From contig NC_090364.1 of the NCBI RefSeq assembly GCF_035084215.1, forward strand, positions 4,216,001 through 4,280,000: DNA of 64,000 nucleotides, in the 5' to 3' direction. Both the position numbers and the translations under genes were made by a program. Under the pieces are notes generated by a model. That model was not told where the DNA came from. It searched no databases and worked only from the letters and a program-made list of their open reading frames with translations. Below, in pieces: positions 38,541-62,050 of this stretch. Each line of letters begins with the position of its first letter. The stretch's first letter is position 1. Source of the DNA: Heptranchias perlo (Eukaryota).

Positions 38541-40194
38541 AGCATGTGAGGGATTAAATGAACGTGTTTGGGGGCTTTAAAACCCAGAGCCAAAGGAAAA
38601 CACTGAGCAAAAATAAAACTGTTGATGCTGTAAATCTGAAAAAACATTCAACAAATAAGTCAGCACCTGTGTGGAGAGAACAGGTGAGTGAACGTTTCAG
38701 GTGTGGGCCTCTTGGGGATGGGATCTTGAGGAGGCCTCAGGATAGGGGGTTGCCAACCCTCCAGGATTGCCCTGGAGTCTCCAGGAATTGAAGACTAATC
38801 TCCTGGACACTGATGCAAGCAGTAGAACAATCATAGGGGTGTTAAAAATGTATTATGAGTTGTTCATTTATTAGTTATAAAAATTATTGGAGATAGGGGA
38901 GAAAGGTGTTTTTACCGGGCGGAGCGAATGGAGGCAATAGGCCATGTGATGAAACCTCCAGGAATACATCCGACTAGGTTAGGATCTTGAGGAGGCCTCG
39001 GGATTGTCTTGGACCGTGGGTCGGAAGACAGGAGAGAGGATGGATGCATTGGGCAATGGAGGTATCCAGAAGAAGCCAAAGGCAGGGCTCCAGCTCCTGA
39101 GTGTGTCAAAGAGACGAGCAAAGTTCAGAGGAGTTACTGCCAATCAAAGTGAGACTTGTACTCACAACCCTGAATCAGAGGTTGTGCTGGAGTTATACCC
39201 TAGCAAATTGAATTTCTTCAAGGGAGGAATAAAGAGGGAAATTTGAAAGTAAAGCCTTGTAGGCTTATGGTAAGAAACACCTTGTCAGCAAAAGCAAAGA
39301 TGAACAAGTTAGAAATTCAAATAAAGAGGATCTCCACACTGGATCATACTGATTTCCTGTCTCTTTTCTGACTCGGTCACACCTCATCTATAAATTCTTA
39401 ATAAGGCTCACAAATTTTACATGAGAGGTAAACATATGAGGCGTAGAGCTCCATGCTGATCATGCGGTTGACGGCAGTCCTTGTGGTAGTTTTGTCTTAC
39501 CTACGATTCCATTCCAATACTTTACTGCGTGAAGCTCTCAGAAAATTGCAGACAATATAAGGACCAGCAACAAAGGGCAGCTGAGCTTAGACCATGTTCT
39601 GTCCAAATACAATTGAAACAAGAGCACAGCCCAGATTGTGAAAAGCTGCACAAAGGAGCCTTTTTCTTTAGGCTGCTGTGCTTGGGGCATAACCTATCTT
39701 TACCTTGTAGGCTGTGTTGGTACAAGTGATGATGCTGACTTTTTTTTAACTAATCAGATTAAGGCTCCGTCTAAAAGCTCCATTCATTATATGACAGGGG
39801 GAATGAACAGTCTTGACAGCTCAGAGCCAAGTTCGGTTGACTGCTCACTGATTATATCATTGCTTTTTTCTTTCCCCGACTTAGTTTAGGTTAAAAAAAA
39901 ATCTTAAAAGATATAACCCAAAGCTCGTGCAGATTAATAGATTTTTTTTAGTTATTATGGTTCCGTAGCCTTTAAGTAATGTTTCAATATTAAAGTTTTG
40001 AACTCAATTTTTAAAAAGAAATATTGATTAAAATGGGTTGTATTCTGCTGTGTATTTTTGCTCCTTCCCTGTGCTGATTTTCCCTTTCTGACTCTACAAC
40101 TTCCGCCAGAGTGGATGTTCCTGAGCTCATGCCAATAGAATGTTGAGTTATACAGCCAAAACAGTAGAATGCAAGTCAGAAGACATGATCAAAC

Positions 40195-40680
40195 GGCAGT
40201 GTTCTGGTCATACTGTATCCGGTACTGGTCGTTGAGACACGAGGGAGACATTCAAGCACTGGAGGCAGTTTTAGAGAGGAGCCATGAGGCTGATCCCTAG
40301 TATCAGGCCTCTGAGTTTTGAGGAAAGATTGAAGAAACTTGTGTTTTTCAATCTTGAAAGGAAACGCCTGCGAGGTGATCTTGTGGAGGGAAATAAGATG
40401 GTTAACAGTGTGGGAAAGGTAAATCCATAAAATTACTTAAATTAATTTAAACTGCAAGAGTAGGACACAGGTTCAAACTAGCAAAAGGCAAATTTAGGAC
40501 TTCTTCACAGAAGGAGTGATCAACGAATAGAATGGACTCCCAGGTAGGGTAGTAGGGGCAAAACCCCTGAACTCATTTAAGGACCAATTATATGCTGCAA
40601 TGGGCGGAAGTTAGGGACTTTCTGGATGAGTGAAGTAAGGTGGGCCAAATGGCCTTCCTCATTTGTAATCATCTTGTGAT
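40195..40680 (+). mobile_element. Old, degenerate CR1 3' fragment
   Basis: Decayed RRLRGDL / WNGLP-type coding remnants. Confidence 0.6.
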
Positions 40681-41019
40681 ACTGATGGAAGAATGCTTAG
40701 CACGCTGGCATGACATTCCTCCGTCTACCATTTTAGTGGAGGTGCTAACCCGTTTAAAATAAACAGGTCGACACCTCTGTTAAGATAGCCAACAGAGGAC
40801 TGTCACACAAACATGATTTTCTGCTGATATCACCAAAATTCATTCTTAGCCTAATAATTTACTTCAGTCCTGTGATAAGAAGGAAATACTTTGAGATTTT
40901 CCACATCGGAGAGCCCCTGATTAATTAAGTAGCAATGACAGTACCAGCAAGGAGCCAAGCAGATTTGTCAATCCTTACAAACCCTGATGCTATTACCCCA
41001 TCTCTCTCTCCTGATGGCA

Positions 41020-41118
41020 GCTGAGTCAAAGCAACTGCCCTATTAGTTCAAAGAGCTGTCACTCACAGAGCACGCTGCAACTTGAATTTAAAGCCAGGCT
41101 GTGCCTGAGCAATATAAA
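41020..41118 (+). promoter_or_regulatory. FtD promoter: ARE/AP-1 core, TGAGTGACAG decamer, TATA box
   Basis: GCTGAGTCA 41020-41028; CTGTCACTCA 41056-41065; TATAAA 41113-41118. Confidence 0.65.
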
Positions 41119-41258
41119 TGCAGGTACATCTGTGATATGTTTTCAGACTGCTGCTTGTGAACGCCTCTCACCAGCAGCCATTCCTTAGCTTTTATATTGT
41201 CAGAAGTGTTTTTTTTTAAACAAAAGTTATTTTACTGCACATTAAACGCCCGATCAGA

Positions 41259-45137
<3,879 letters not shown>

Positions 45138-48100
45138 GTAACGCAGCACCAGGATTTCACCTCTGACCCTATATACAATGTCTATTTCTCAGTCGCCAAA
45201 AATTCTGTAGCCCCTCAACAAATATTGACTAGTTCTAGGATTCTCCAACATTTGGTGTGTGGCAAAATTAGAAAACTTCCCAATGTTTACACAGATTAGT
45301 TTAGCAGATGATTTTGCAAGGTTGTCAACACCGTAAATGCTTTCATTGACTCATTTTCAGAATTTGGCACCGGAGTCAACAAATCCCTGGAATCAGGCTG
45401 AAAGAATAGTTGAGGCTAGTAATTCCTCAGAAGAAATTTTGCCAAAGGTCACAGACCAGTATAGGTAAAACTGGGAGACACATGCTTCAAGCTGCTCACT
45501 CTCAACCTGACCCAACGAAGTAGTCCTGACTGACAACTCCTGCCTCCCAGCTGACTCCCCACCTCACTTCTGGCCTTGTGCTAATCTGTCCATACATAGA
45601 ATTACATAGAAATTACAACATGGAAACAGACCATCCAATCTATGTTGGTGTTTATCCCACTCACTCTATTGGGACAAGGGGCATTTGGCATCTCCAGCCC
45701 CTCCCTGATTTCCTGGGCTCTGGAGCACCTGCAATTCTAAAAAAAAACTTAAGTCGAAAAGCAGCAACATCAGTGCTGAGGAACTCAGTTGATCTGCTGG
45801 ACCTAATTCTGAGTGAGACCGTGCATCCGTTCTGCAGCCGCAACAGCCCGCTGTGCCCCAGCTCAGAAGTCGGAAACGCTCCTTCCCTCCTGATTTTGCC
45901 CAGAAGTAGCATGATTTATTTTTTTAAAAATCAAGGTTGTTAGGGTACTGTGTAAAAACCATGGGACGTCATGCAGTAAGAGGTCACTAGCATTATAAAC
46001 AGTGAACGAAGCACTCACTGCCATTACAACATGAAATTCAAAGAATCTATCAATAAAACCAACCTACAGAAAATTTGTCACTGCGTGCTGACTTTCTGTA
46101 AATAGGGTCAGTGGCTGTAAACGCTTCAGCCTCTTGACATAATCACCTGTTAGAGACTCGATAGGGTAGAACATCTGAGTGACAAAGCTTATCACTCTCG
46201 CTGTATTCCAGTGTGCACTATCTTTATGCATTTATTTAAACGCCTGTGTAACAATAGCGGACATAGGAATTCAGTAGGAGTACCTTAAGCATTCATATGT
46301 GAACTTCACTGATGATAAGTTCTACCCGCCTGTCTGTAATGGGGACCAAGTGCTTGTGAAGAGAATGGAGCTCAGACGCAAGTGCAGTGCATTGTGCTTT
46401 GTGTAAAATTGGGTACTGACATTGTCAGCTGTAGCTAATTATCTTCTACAGCAGTCGTGCAATGTAACTGCTCAAAATAAAAGTTGCTGTGTACTGAATT
46501 GGCTTCAGAGATGTTTATTTAAACTGGATCCTGTATAGACTCTGGAATCCCTGCTGACATAGGAATTGGTCCACCTTTTGTTGAATACTTCATGTTTGTG
46601 GGTTTTATTTACAGACTGTAGTTCCTTCAGCATTAATTGCACACAATCAGTTTATTTTTCTTTGGTCATTTGTTTTATTTTACTCATCTCTCATTGAGAT
46701 GCCACGTAACTGCCCAGCTGGAACAGAGAATTGATCCCAAGTCTCCAGTACATAGAATTACATAGACTTTTACAGCACAGGAACAGGCCATTCGGCCCAA
46801 CAGGTCTATGCTGGTGTTTATGCCCCACACAAACCTCCTCCCATCTTACTTCATCTCACCCTATCAACTATTCCTTTCTCCCTCATGTACTTATCTAGCT
46901 ACCCCTTAAATGCCACTCTGCAGGTGCCTGTCGGAATATGTGTGATTTTACCTCCCTCCCTGCTCACTGCCTGTGCGGAAATAATTACCAACCTGGAATA
47001 ATGAGGTGACCCTGAACAAGCTATATACTGCAGCGCTGTGGCTGTACAGGGTTGGGGGGGTTCAACCACATTCTTACAGGCATACAATAGATTATGCTAC
47101 ATCCGTATGGTTGAGATTGGGATTCACTTTGTGGAGTAATGTAGACATGATCCTTTGTCCTACCACTTGAAATGGAATGGTTTTAGGGCTGTGTAAAGCA
47201 TGGTAATAGGGTCCCTGAAAAGACCTAGAAATTGTAGACCAAAAGAAAATTAAACTAAAATAATTATAGAATTGGACAATATGAGGTTGCTTGTGATGCA
47301 TAATAGCTTTATAAGTGCACCAGAGCTTCTACTGAACAGTGCACATTAAATCAGCAATTATAGCCCTCAGGTACTCTTGAATACTCGCACTCAACCAAAT
47401 GTGCATTCTGTTCGCATGGGACTTCTTTACAATCAGGACCAATTTACAAACTAAGATCCAGTAAGTTCTGGTTTACCTTTGATTCTGCAGAAGACCTGGT
47501 TCTCAGTAATTGCGCCACATGACATACCCTTACTGTGTGGAGTTAGAAAGGATCTCTCACAGATTGAGAAACAAAAACATTCATGGAAGGCTGCACTAGT
47601 GTGTAACATTGTACAAAACTGCCCATAATTTGGCACCATTTAGTCACTTTACTCAGAAAAGTGACAATAACAGCTGCAATAAGACATGGATTCTCTTCTG
47701 AAGTTGGGATTAAAGCACTTTGGAGCTGAGTACACTGATCTTTTCGTTGGCTTTAACCTATACTGTACCTGACCTACAGTGCTCAATGGTACAGTGTAAA
47801 GGCAGTTATACTCAGCATCTAACCAATGCCATAGGCAATTGCCGGTCCATCAACGCTTCGAATTTAAAATTCTCATCCTTGTGTTTAAATTCCTCCATGG
47901 CCTCGCCTTTCCTATCACTGTAACCTCCTCCAGCCCTATAACCCGCAGACCTCTGCTCTCCTCCAATTCTGGCCTCTTGTGCATCCCGACTTCCTTCGCC
48001 CCATCATTGGCAGCCGTGCCTATGTCCTAAGTTCTGGAATTCCCTCAGTTAACCTCTCTGCCTCTCCTCCTTTAAGACACTTTTTAAAACCTACCTCTTT

Positions 48101-51100
48101 GACTAAGTTTTTGGTCACCTATCCTGATGTCTCCTTCTTTGGCTTGGTGGCAGTTTGTTTTGTCTGATAATGCTCGCGTGAAGCCCCTTGGGACATTTTA
48201 CTACGTTAAAGGCGCTATATAAATGCAAGTAGTTGTTGTTGATGAATCACCTTAAAGGCAGTGTTAAAATTTGGGGATTTTATAGAACTATTTTTTTGTA
48301 CAGTTTCATGACAGTTAAAGTAAGCAGACTTTGTTCCCCTCACTCCAGAAGCTACACTTGTTAATGTATTTTTCCCTTGCAGAGTTGTATGTCCCAATAG
48401 GTTAACAATTATCCTTGATTCCAGTACTCTGCACACTGAATTAATGTAGTTTCAAGCTGAACAATCACATTAGCTTTAGAATGGCCAATATTAAACTCAG
48501 AGGGACTGCAATATTTATTTACAATTAAATAGAAATATTAAGCAGAAAACATTTAGAAGAGTATTGATAGCACAGTATATACATAAAGATAATGAGGGAC
48601 AATGCAGGAGATTGCACAAGGACAAAGATTAGGGGAGTGAACAAGTGTAGGTGGCAAATGCTGTGGCCCATTAAATGTCAAGTCAATCATCACCATGATT
48701 CTGATTGTTGAGTTTTCATTTAGGGTTGTTTGTTCTTAATCTACCCTTAAGGTTTGAAGATTAGATTTTCGAGGGTGTAGCCAGTTTTGCTCTAATTAAG
48801 CAAGATGTGTGGAACTTATTGCATTGACACCAACATCATGTGACAGATTGATTTTTATCCAATTTGAACATCTTACTAAACTTTTCCCAAGTCCAGTTTC
48901 AAACAAGCTATGAAAAGGCTGCCTATTCTGGAAATGTACATGGCACCGACTATCCCAAACTTCGGATTCTTGACTATCCGTACACAGATAATTCTTACCC
49001 AGACTCCAGATAGCCCCAAGAAACAAGAATTACATAGAGTCCACAGACCATTCGGCCTAACTGGTCTATGCCGGCGTTTATGCTCCATACAAGCCTCTTC
49101 CCACCCCTCTTCATCTAACTCTGTCAGCATATCCTTTTATTCCTTTCTCCCTCATATGGCTATTTAGCTTTCCATTAAATGCATCTATGCTATTCACTTC
49201 AACTGGAGACAATTTATTTATTAATTCCTTAATAAACCACTTGATATTCCCAGCCCCACAATTAGGCTTTCTCCCCCTGGTTGTCAAATCAATCATCCTC
49301 CAGTTGTGATGGATGGTCTTTTTCTTGTTGTAATTTAGGGTTTGAAGATTGGATCTTGCAGGGTGTAGCCATTTTTGATCCATGTTTGAATGATTAGATA
49401 TGATATAGCAAACTGATGATGCAGGACTAAATGTAACACCAATATTATGTGACAGGATAATTGGTGTGTGAAGGAACACTTCCAATTGAAAACAAGCTAG
49501 AACAAATTACACAATCTCACAAAGTATCTGGTTTGGCAGTACCTCAGAACATCAGTTCAGGTAAACCCATGGACAGAAGATGGAATGTGTATTATTGGTG
49601 CCTCCTTGCAGTAGTGCTAGCAGCTCTGTACAGTGTTGCTGGTGTTTTACAATTCCGCCAATGCAAATTTAGTCCAGGCACTGTGGTCACTTGTACACAA
49701 GTGAGCTTACCTTGATGAATAATTCAAGACCAGCTCATTGAAAGAGTTTTCTGGCACCCTGGCCATGTTGCTCATTACAAAACAAAAATTAATTCACATC
49801 ATTGGCTCCTGCCTTCCGATGTCACTCACACCTAATACCCCCTCCTCACACTACAGGAAAAATCACCTCATCAGCAAACATTAAAGGGCTGCCAGAGCCT
49901 GAAGGGCCAAGCTTGAATAAAACAGCCTTAGATCTAACCACCCCAACCTTTAAACTCACTAGCCACATGATGCTCCCCTCATCAAGCTGCGTGCAGGAGT
50001 GGTCTTTCCAGAGGTAAAATGGCAATTAATGACATATTAAGCTCAATGCACTAGAACGTTATCAATTATACAATAATGAACCAGAGTGAAGCATGAGTTA
50101 ATGCCTGTCTTTGAGCAGAGCCTTCAAAAAGATTAATCTGACTGATGGGTATAAGTACTCCAGGCATTATTTTATGATTCACTTTGGTTTATTGTTATAA
50201 ATTAATGAACTTTCTGCTAGCACAGATTTTTCTGAAGTATTTAATAAACCAGCTGCTCCACCCCCACCCACAGATAAGCCTACTCACTGATGAGGTGTGT
50301 AGTTGCTGGCTGACTGTCAAATATCTGCCAACTTTAAGGCAATGAATAAAACCAGAAAATGCTAGAACACTCAGTTCAGGCAGCATCTGTGGAGAGAAAA
50401 ACTTAACGTTTCAGGTCGATGACGATTCATCAGTTCTGAACGACAAAAAGTCATTGACCTGAAACATTAACTCTCTCCACAGACGCTGTCTGACCTGCTG
50501 AATGTTTTCCAGCATCCAAAGTATTTTATTTTGTTGTCGCGAGTGATAGTTCCATTTGCCAAGGATCTGTTCTCTTGCCACCTGTTGGGCCTGAACATTA
50601 AGATCAAATAGGACATTACTCATTGTTCCCTGCGTTAAACATTTAGTACATAAAGCCATTGTGACATTAACCCACTGAAACAATTTAAGATTAAAAGCTA
50701 CTCCCATTATGGCATATTGTGTACAAAAGACCAGATATGATCTCATTTTTCAATGAGGAGACTGGTATTACATAGTAAAATATTAGAATGGATTTAACTA
50801 AGCCAACTCCAACCTTACCAAAGCAGATAAACCACAGCCCTTGAAACATACAATGTTGCTTGCAAACAGCACTGATCAAAGTTTCACAAAAGCAGGTATG
50901 GGTCTAACTTGGACATGTAGCTATTAATATCTCATTAAAAAAAGGTAGTGAAAGAAGAGGTGTCCAGCACACAAAAATACAGGGCCACATTACAGCAATC
51001 TCACCCAAATGCAGCTCTTGTGGCATGAAGGCTCAATACAATAAGGAATTCAGGAGAAACTGCTTCACTCAGTGGAACTTACTACCACATGAGAGTAGTT

Positions 51101-51517
51101 CAGGCAAATAGCATAGATGCATCTACAGGGAAAGCTAGACAAGTACATGAAGGAGAATGGCATAAACCTTCTACTCCTATCAGGTTAGATGAAGTAAGGT
51201 CAGAGGAGGCTTATGTGGAACATAGACCTGTTGGGCTGAATGGCCTCTGTGCTGTAAACTCTATTGAACTGCTTGGTTTGCACAAACAATAAAAGCCAAT
51301 TAAACACTCAACCATTTTTATTTTTCCATTAAGTGACAGTTACAAGCATCCTTTACAAAAAAAGGACCTTTGACCTCAGCTGTTCCATACATAATAGTTC
51401 TGCTTCAGAATGGCTTGGAAACCCCAGTCATCATACACCCCAGGAACCTGCTCACACTTCATTACAGATTTAGGAGGCCATTTAAGACATCATAATAAGA
51501 CTATCCCTGCTGTCAGT

Positions 51518-53852
<2,335 letters not shown>

Positions 53853-55879
53853 CTTAATTTCTATAATGTATCTGTTTTTAGCCAGTCCACCAACTAGTCT
53901 TAGCTACTCAATCCAACTGCTACAAAAGTAAGAACTAGCACATTTTAAATACATGGACAACACAGTATTTGCATAAGATGATGAGTGACAATTATTGGTA
54001 GCTCATCAGATAACTTCCATGCATCAAAAAAATCCACAAAGTCATTAATGAATAAAGTGAGGGGTGGGTGATCCAATCAGAGCTTTGAGAGTAAGTTTAG
54101 ATGATTACTTACTAATGACCTCATTGTTGTAGGGTCCTTTGACCTCCCTTAAAATTATTTTGTCGAAAATGTCCTGAATTTAAAATACATAACCTGAAAA
54201 AAAGAAGAAAAAAAAACTTCACTGAACTGCTAGTCAGTATTGAGCAGGTCAGAGCAAGAACTCTGGGGAGAGAGCAGAGCAGAGGCAAAAGCTATAGCCC
54301 TTGCTTGTATACTGACTGAATCTGGGAGAAGGCAGTAGAGGAGAGGAACATCAAACAACACCAAAAAAGAAAAAATAATACATAACCTGAAAAAAAGAAG
54401 AAAAAAAAGAAAAAACCCACCCCTGCAAAAAAAAAGAAAAAAAATACATAGTTACACCTTTTCACTTGCAATACAGTGACTTAAGTAATCAACTGGATTT
54501 GTGACAAAGCTAGAGATTTTTTTTTCTTGCAGGTGGTTGTGGACTTAATGCAATATCCAGAGATCAGGTAGTCCAGGGTAAGACTGCACTGTCAGTGAGT
54601 CAGACAGGTGGAAATTCTATCCTAAATTTGTCTCAAATCTACCCCATGTGTGCAGAGAGTCATGGTTGTTGAGTCCTCTTTTTTTAAATGTTTAGGCCCC
54701 CCCCTTTTATAAGAAGGCGGGGGGTTATGGTGTGTTTTATTTAAAACAAATCAAACCAATGACAATGTCAAATTATAATTTTATTGTGATGATCCAGGAT
54801 GCACTCCAGCCCCTGCGGTGCCCACCGGTCGCGGAAAGGTTGTTGAGTCCTTGTTTTATTCTCATTACGTCCTGTGTGTCGTATAATCCAGTATATATTT
54901 GTAACCAGGTAGGGTACACATCCTGCGAATCTGAGGTGCGACCAGCCTAGTTTATGGATTATAACAGGCAGTGTGAAACACACAGGTGCAACTTTTACAT
55001 CTTCCGGCTTATTTACAGGATTTTATGGTAAACTTGGATCATCTGCCGATGGTTTAATAGCAGGAATGTCTAGCAAAAGGAGTGAGATAAAAAGGGAAGA
55101 AAGAATTTGCATTTATATAGCACCTTTCACGACCTTCTAGTTTAGTATCAGCTGCAAACTTGGATATAGTCCCTCATTCTAAATCCAGGTCACTTATCAA
55201 TCTGGGTAGTGAACAACTGTCTCCAGCTCTAATCCCTGTAGCACACCATATTTCCCTGTTTTCTAACCCAAGAATGTCTCTTTTATCCCAATTCTCTGCC
55301 TTATACCTTTTTTAGAAAAATCATTCTGGGGATAAGGGCATCACTAGCACAATCAGCATTTATTGCCCATCTCGAGTTTCTCCTTGAATGTGGTGGTGAG
55401 CCTTCTTTTTGAACCGCTACAGTACATGCAGCAAAGGTACTCCCAACAGTGCTGTTCGGTGGGGAGTGCCAGGATTTTAACCCAGCTGCAATGAAGGAGC
55501 CACTATTCCTTAGTAATTTGCATGAAGGACAGAATACATAAATGGCACAAGAAAATGCTTCTAAAATGTTTGTTGGCAGAACACAATTTCCCTGTAGTAT
55601 ACACGCAGCTGACACCAGAAGATCTCTATTGACCTAGAGAACAGCAGCCAAGTATAGTGTGTAGAGTAGCAGTTAAATGGAATACATACTCCTTAAAAAA
55701 AGTGTAATTAACCAGAAAAGATCAAGATCCAAATCATAAATGCAAGATTCATGCATAGCTTTTTATACCGGTGATTGAGTGAAGTTCTGTCCCACTAGTC
55801 CATCTTCAAACATCCTTTTTAACAAATGCTCTCTGCCCAACAGGGTGGATGTCAACTCCAAAATAAAGTTTGCCTCAAC

Positions 55880-56372
55880 TTAGAATGATACCCAGACTTC
55901 AAGGGTTAAGTTATGAGGAGAGATTGCACAAATTGGGGTTGTATTCTCTGGAGTTTTGAAGGTTAAGGGGTAATCTGATTGAAGTTTATAACATATTAAG
56001 GGGAACAGATAGGGTGGATAGAGAGAAACCATTTCCATTGGTTGGGGATTCTAGGAGTAGGGGGCACAGTCTAAAAATTAGAGCCAGACCTTTTAGGAGC
56101 GAGATTAGAAAACATTTCTACACAAAGGGTGGTAGAAGTTTAGAACTCTCTTCTGCAAATGGCAATTGATACTAGCTCAATTGCTAAATTTAAGTCTGAG
56201 ATAGATAGCATTTTGGCAACCAAAGGTATAAAGGGATATGGGCCAAAGGCAGGTATATGGAGTTAGATCACAGATCAGCCATGATCTTATCAAATGGCAG
56301 AGCAGGCATTTTGGGGGGGGGGCAGCAGGGGGTGGGGGGCAGGGGGTGCTGAATGGCCTACTCTTGTTCCAA
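55880..56372 (+). mobile_element. Degenerate CR1 3' fragment
   Basis: LRGNLIEVY...RGHSLKI remnants and a CR1-type 3' UTR. Confidence 0.8.
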
Positions 56373-57507
56373 ACTTGAATTCACAACTGACTATTCATCA
56401 ACTGTGTACTGATTACAGAAAGTGTCTAATCATCCAGTGGCCACTGTGTAAAGAGCTGTTTTCTAGTCTTTGCCCTGGCAGGTATAGGTTGAAGTAGAAT
56501 GTTGAGCTGTTCTTAGCCCAGAAGATTGGCACTTATTAAAGGAAGCAGTTTCTTTGTTATAATTACATTCTGCTGGTGTTTTTTTTTTGCTTTAAGCTAA
56601 CATTCTCCTTCGTAACTTTAGCCTAAATAGACTTTGCCAACCTTATGGCTATTGTATGTGAAGAGATGAGAGCAGTTGGGATTATTCATAGAGCAGAGAA
56701 CATTAAGGGGAAGATGGTCAAAATTATGAGTGGTTTGATGAGTAAATGTTTCCACTGGCTGGTAGGTAACCAGAGATAGAGAAATTCTTTTATAGAGGTG
56801 GTTATGATCTGGATTTCAATGCTTGAAAAAGTAGCAGCAGATTTAACTTGGCTATATAGATTTGGAAAGGAAAAAAAATTGCAGGGCTATGGGGAAAGAT
56901 TGCAGTTAGATAGCTTTCAAAGAGCTAGCAGAGGCATGATGGGCCACATGGCCTCCTGCCCTGTAAGATTCTATAATAGTGGATTAAAAAAGCTACACAT
57001 GCACACCATGTTGCCAAGAGCACATATGGAAAAATATGGAGTGCAACAACCCTTGGCCAGTAGGAACATTACCTGAATGCCTGTGGTTGTTAGCTGTGTT
57101 TTTGTTCACATTAGAAGCTTGATCATAGAAATCTTGCATTTCATAAAATACTTAAGACCATGAAGTCTAGCCAGGCACTAACCAAGGTGGGGAAGAAAAG
57201 TTGGAGAAAAATATACAATTAAGTTCCAGCCATAAAAGTGACACACAATCTTGGATATTTCAGATTGGTGACCTGAAAGACACAGATCCACTATTTAATT
57301 TGCACAGAGACAAACCACTCCAATGCTGAATAGCTTTTATTTCCATTTACAGTGTCAGCAGTTGAAGGAGAATGTTAGATCAGAGATCTGATCAATAATG
57401 AACCATATCCAACACCAGCATTCACTCAAGGCTGGTCACACTTTGTATGAGTTGGTGGTCCCTCAACATCATGTAAAGATTCACATGAATCATGAAGGAT
57501 AAAGGAA

Positions 57508-60317
<2,810 letters not shown>

Positions 60318-60587
60318 CCTGATTTCTCTAAGTAGTTGCTCACAAAGTTCCTTCCTCCTATTTATATACACCTGGGCAACAGCTGCCTTTAAAAAAGACC
60401 TGTGTGCCCAGATGATGAGTGACAATTTTCAGTAGCCAATCAAGCAGTTGCCTTCGCTCAGAACACCAATCAAGAAAGAGCCAAGGAGATGACACCCAGA
60501 ACCAATCAAAACTTTGAAGGATAAGCCCCATTGGCTGATAATTTAATAAGCATCCCATTGCTTTGACTTCTTTCAAACTTACATTTT

Positions 60588-61308
60588 CTTTCCGCGACCA
60601 GTGGGCACCACAGGGACTGGAGTGCATCCTGGACCGAGATAATAAAATTATAATTTGACACTTATTTTGGGTTTATTGGTTTACTGCACATGAACACACT
60701 CTAACCCCCCCCTTCTTATAAAAGGGAGCCTAAAAAAACACCCTAACCCCCCCTTTTTATAAAAGGGGGGCCTAAAACACAAAAAACCCCAAAAATAACT
60801 TAATTTCACAGTGAGGATTAAAATATTCAGAAGCAGGGGTTTGAAATGGAAATTTGATCTTCTGTTTGCAATTTATTGGTTGGTACTACTTCTGAAAAGT
60901 TCCACGTGTTTGTTATTTGCTGGTGGCTATGGGGTTGCTGCAATATCCAAATAGATCAGTCCTACACCCAGTGAAGGGGAGGGACCGGCAGGTCGGCAGA
61001 CGTCCTCGTGGGTCTGCTCCTGGCCCTGTCCAAGGTGGCTGTCCACAGGTCCAGCTTGGTCGCGGTCCGTGGGGGCGGTCGCTCCGACTGTCTGCTTCTC
61101 TTCCGCGGCATTCTCTGTGCTCGGGTGGCCCTGGAGAGGGAGCACGCGATGTCTGCCGGTGTGCTTGAGACTTTCCGCGACCGGTGGGCACTGCAGGGAC
61201 TGGACTGCATCCTGGATCGATATAATAAAACTATAATTTGACACTTATTTTGGGTTTATTGATTTACTGCAGATAAAAACACACCCTAACCCAACACAAA
61301 AAAAAAAG
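60588..61308 (+). mobile_element. Two Tx1-like LINE 3' fragments upstream of FtF
   Basis: LLLALSKVAVHRS...LEREHA...FRDRWALQGLDCILD (ORF 61008-61241); shorter copies at 60588-60800 and 54690-54845 (-). Confidence 0.7.
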
Positions 61309-61319
61309 GATTTTGGATT

Positions 61320-62050
61320 TGTTTCGCATTGGGAGCCAAGGGAAGTCAGTGAGGGCAGGGGCAATGGCAAAGAGAGACCAATGGCAGGATTGGATATGCA
61401 TGGCAAATGTTGAACATGTTGGAGTTTGTAGAGGTAGGCATTTGGGAGGCCAGTAAGGAGGGTGATTGAGAAGTTGAGTCTTGCGGTGACTAAAGCATAA
61501 AGGTTTCAGTAGTACAGCAGGTAAGATTGGGTGAAAGTGGGCAATATTACAGAGTAAGAAATATGTTGCCTGCCCAATCTTTAACTGGAGGAAGTTTTGC
61601 CTCACCCAAAACATGATGCCAGATCGGCAGTCTGATAATACAGGGTAGGTTGTGGAATTGAGGGTGCTGGTGGCGATGATGGAGAGGTAGTGTTCAGTGT
61701 CATCAGCATACATCTGGAAACTGACAGGTCTGTGGATAATGTTTCCAAACGTGAGTGAGGAAAAGTAGGGGGCCAAAAATAGAATGTTGGAGTAACTCCT
61801 GCAGTGATTGTGTAGGGGTGGGCAGAGATACTGGCTCCATTGGGCATGGAGAAGTGGAGCCTCTCAAGGGCAGTCCTCCAAAAATGGACAGCGGAGGATG
61901 ATCAGCTGCATTGGATGATAGAGAGAGAGAGAGAGATTAGGGAAAAGGACTGGTGCACCATGGATGCAGTATTAAAGGTTGTTATTGGAGACTTTGATTA
62001 GGGCTGGCTTGGTGCTGTGGGCCAGGCAGAAGCTAGATTGTAGGTGGGAA
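61320..62050 (-). mobile_element. Old L2-type reverse transcriptase remnant
   Basis: FQMYADDT..YLS and W...NFLQL motifs in ORF 61264-61776. Confidence 0.7.

Noticed and set aside
48676-49380. Two degenerate direct repeats of about 100 bp
   Set aside because: Short and diverged, with no coding or structural signal; likely an old local duplication.
53890-53940. Possible IRE relic in the FtE 5' region (ttcttactt..cagttg)
   Set aside because: Loop is not CAGUGH and the upper stem does not pair; the FtD ttca..tgaacg segment (41142-41163) fails for the same reason.
60318-60425. Apparent N-terminal extension on FtF
   Set aside because: Begins at a non-ATG codon and runs through the TATA box; the canonical Met is present.
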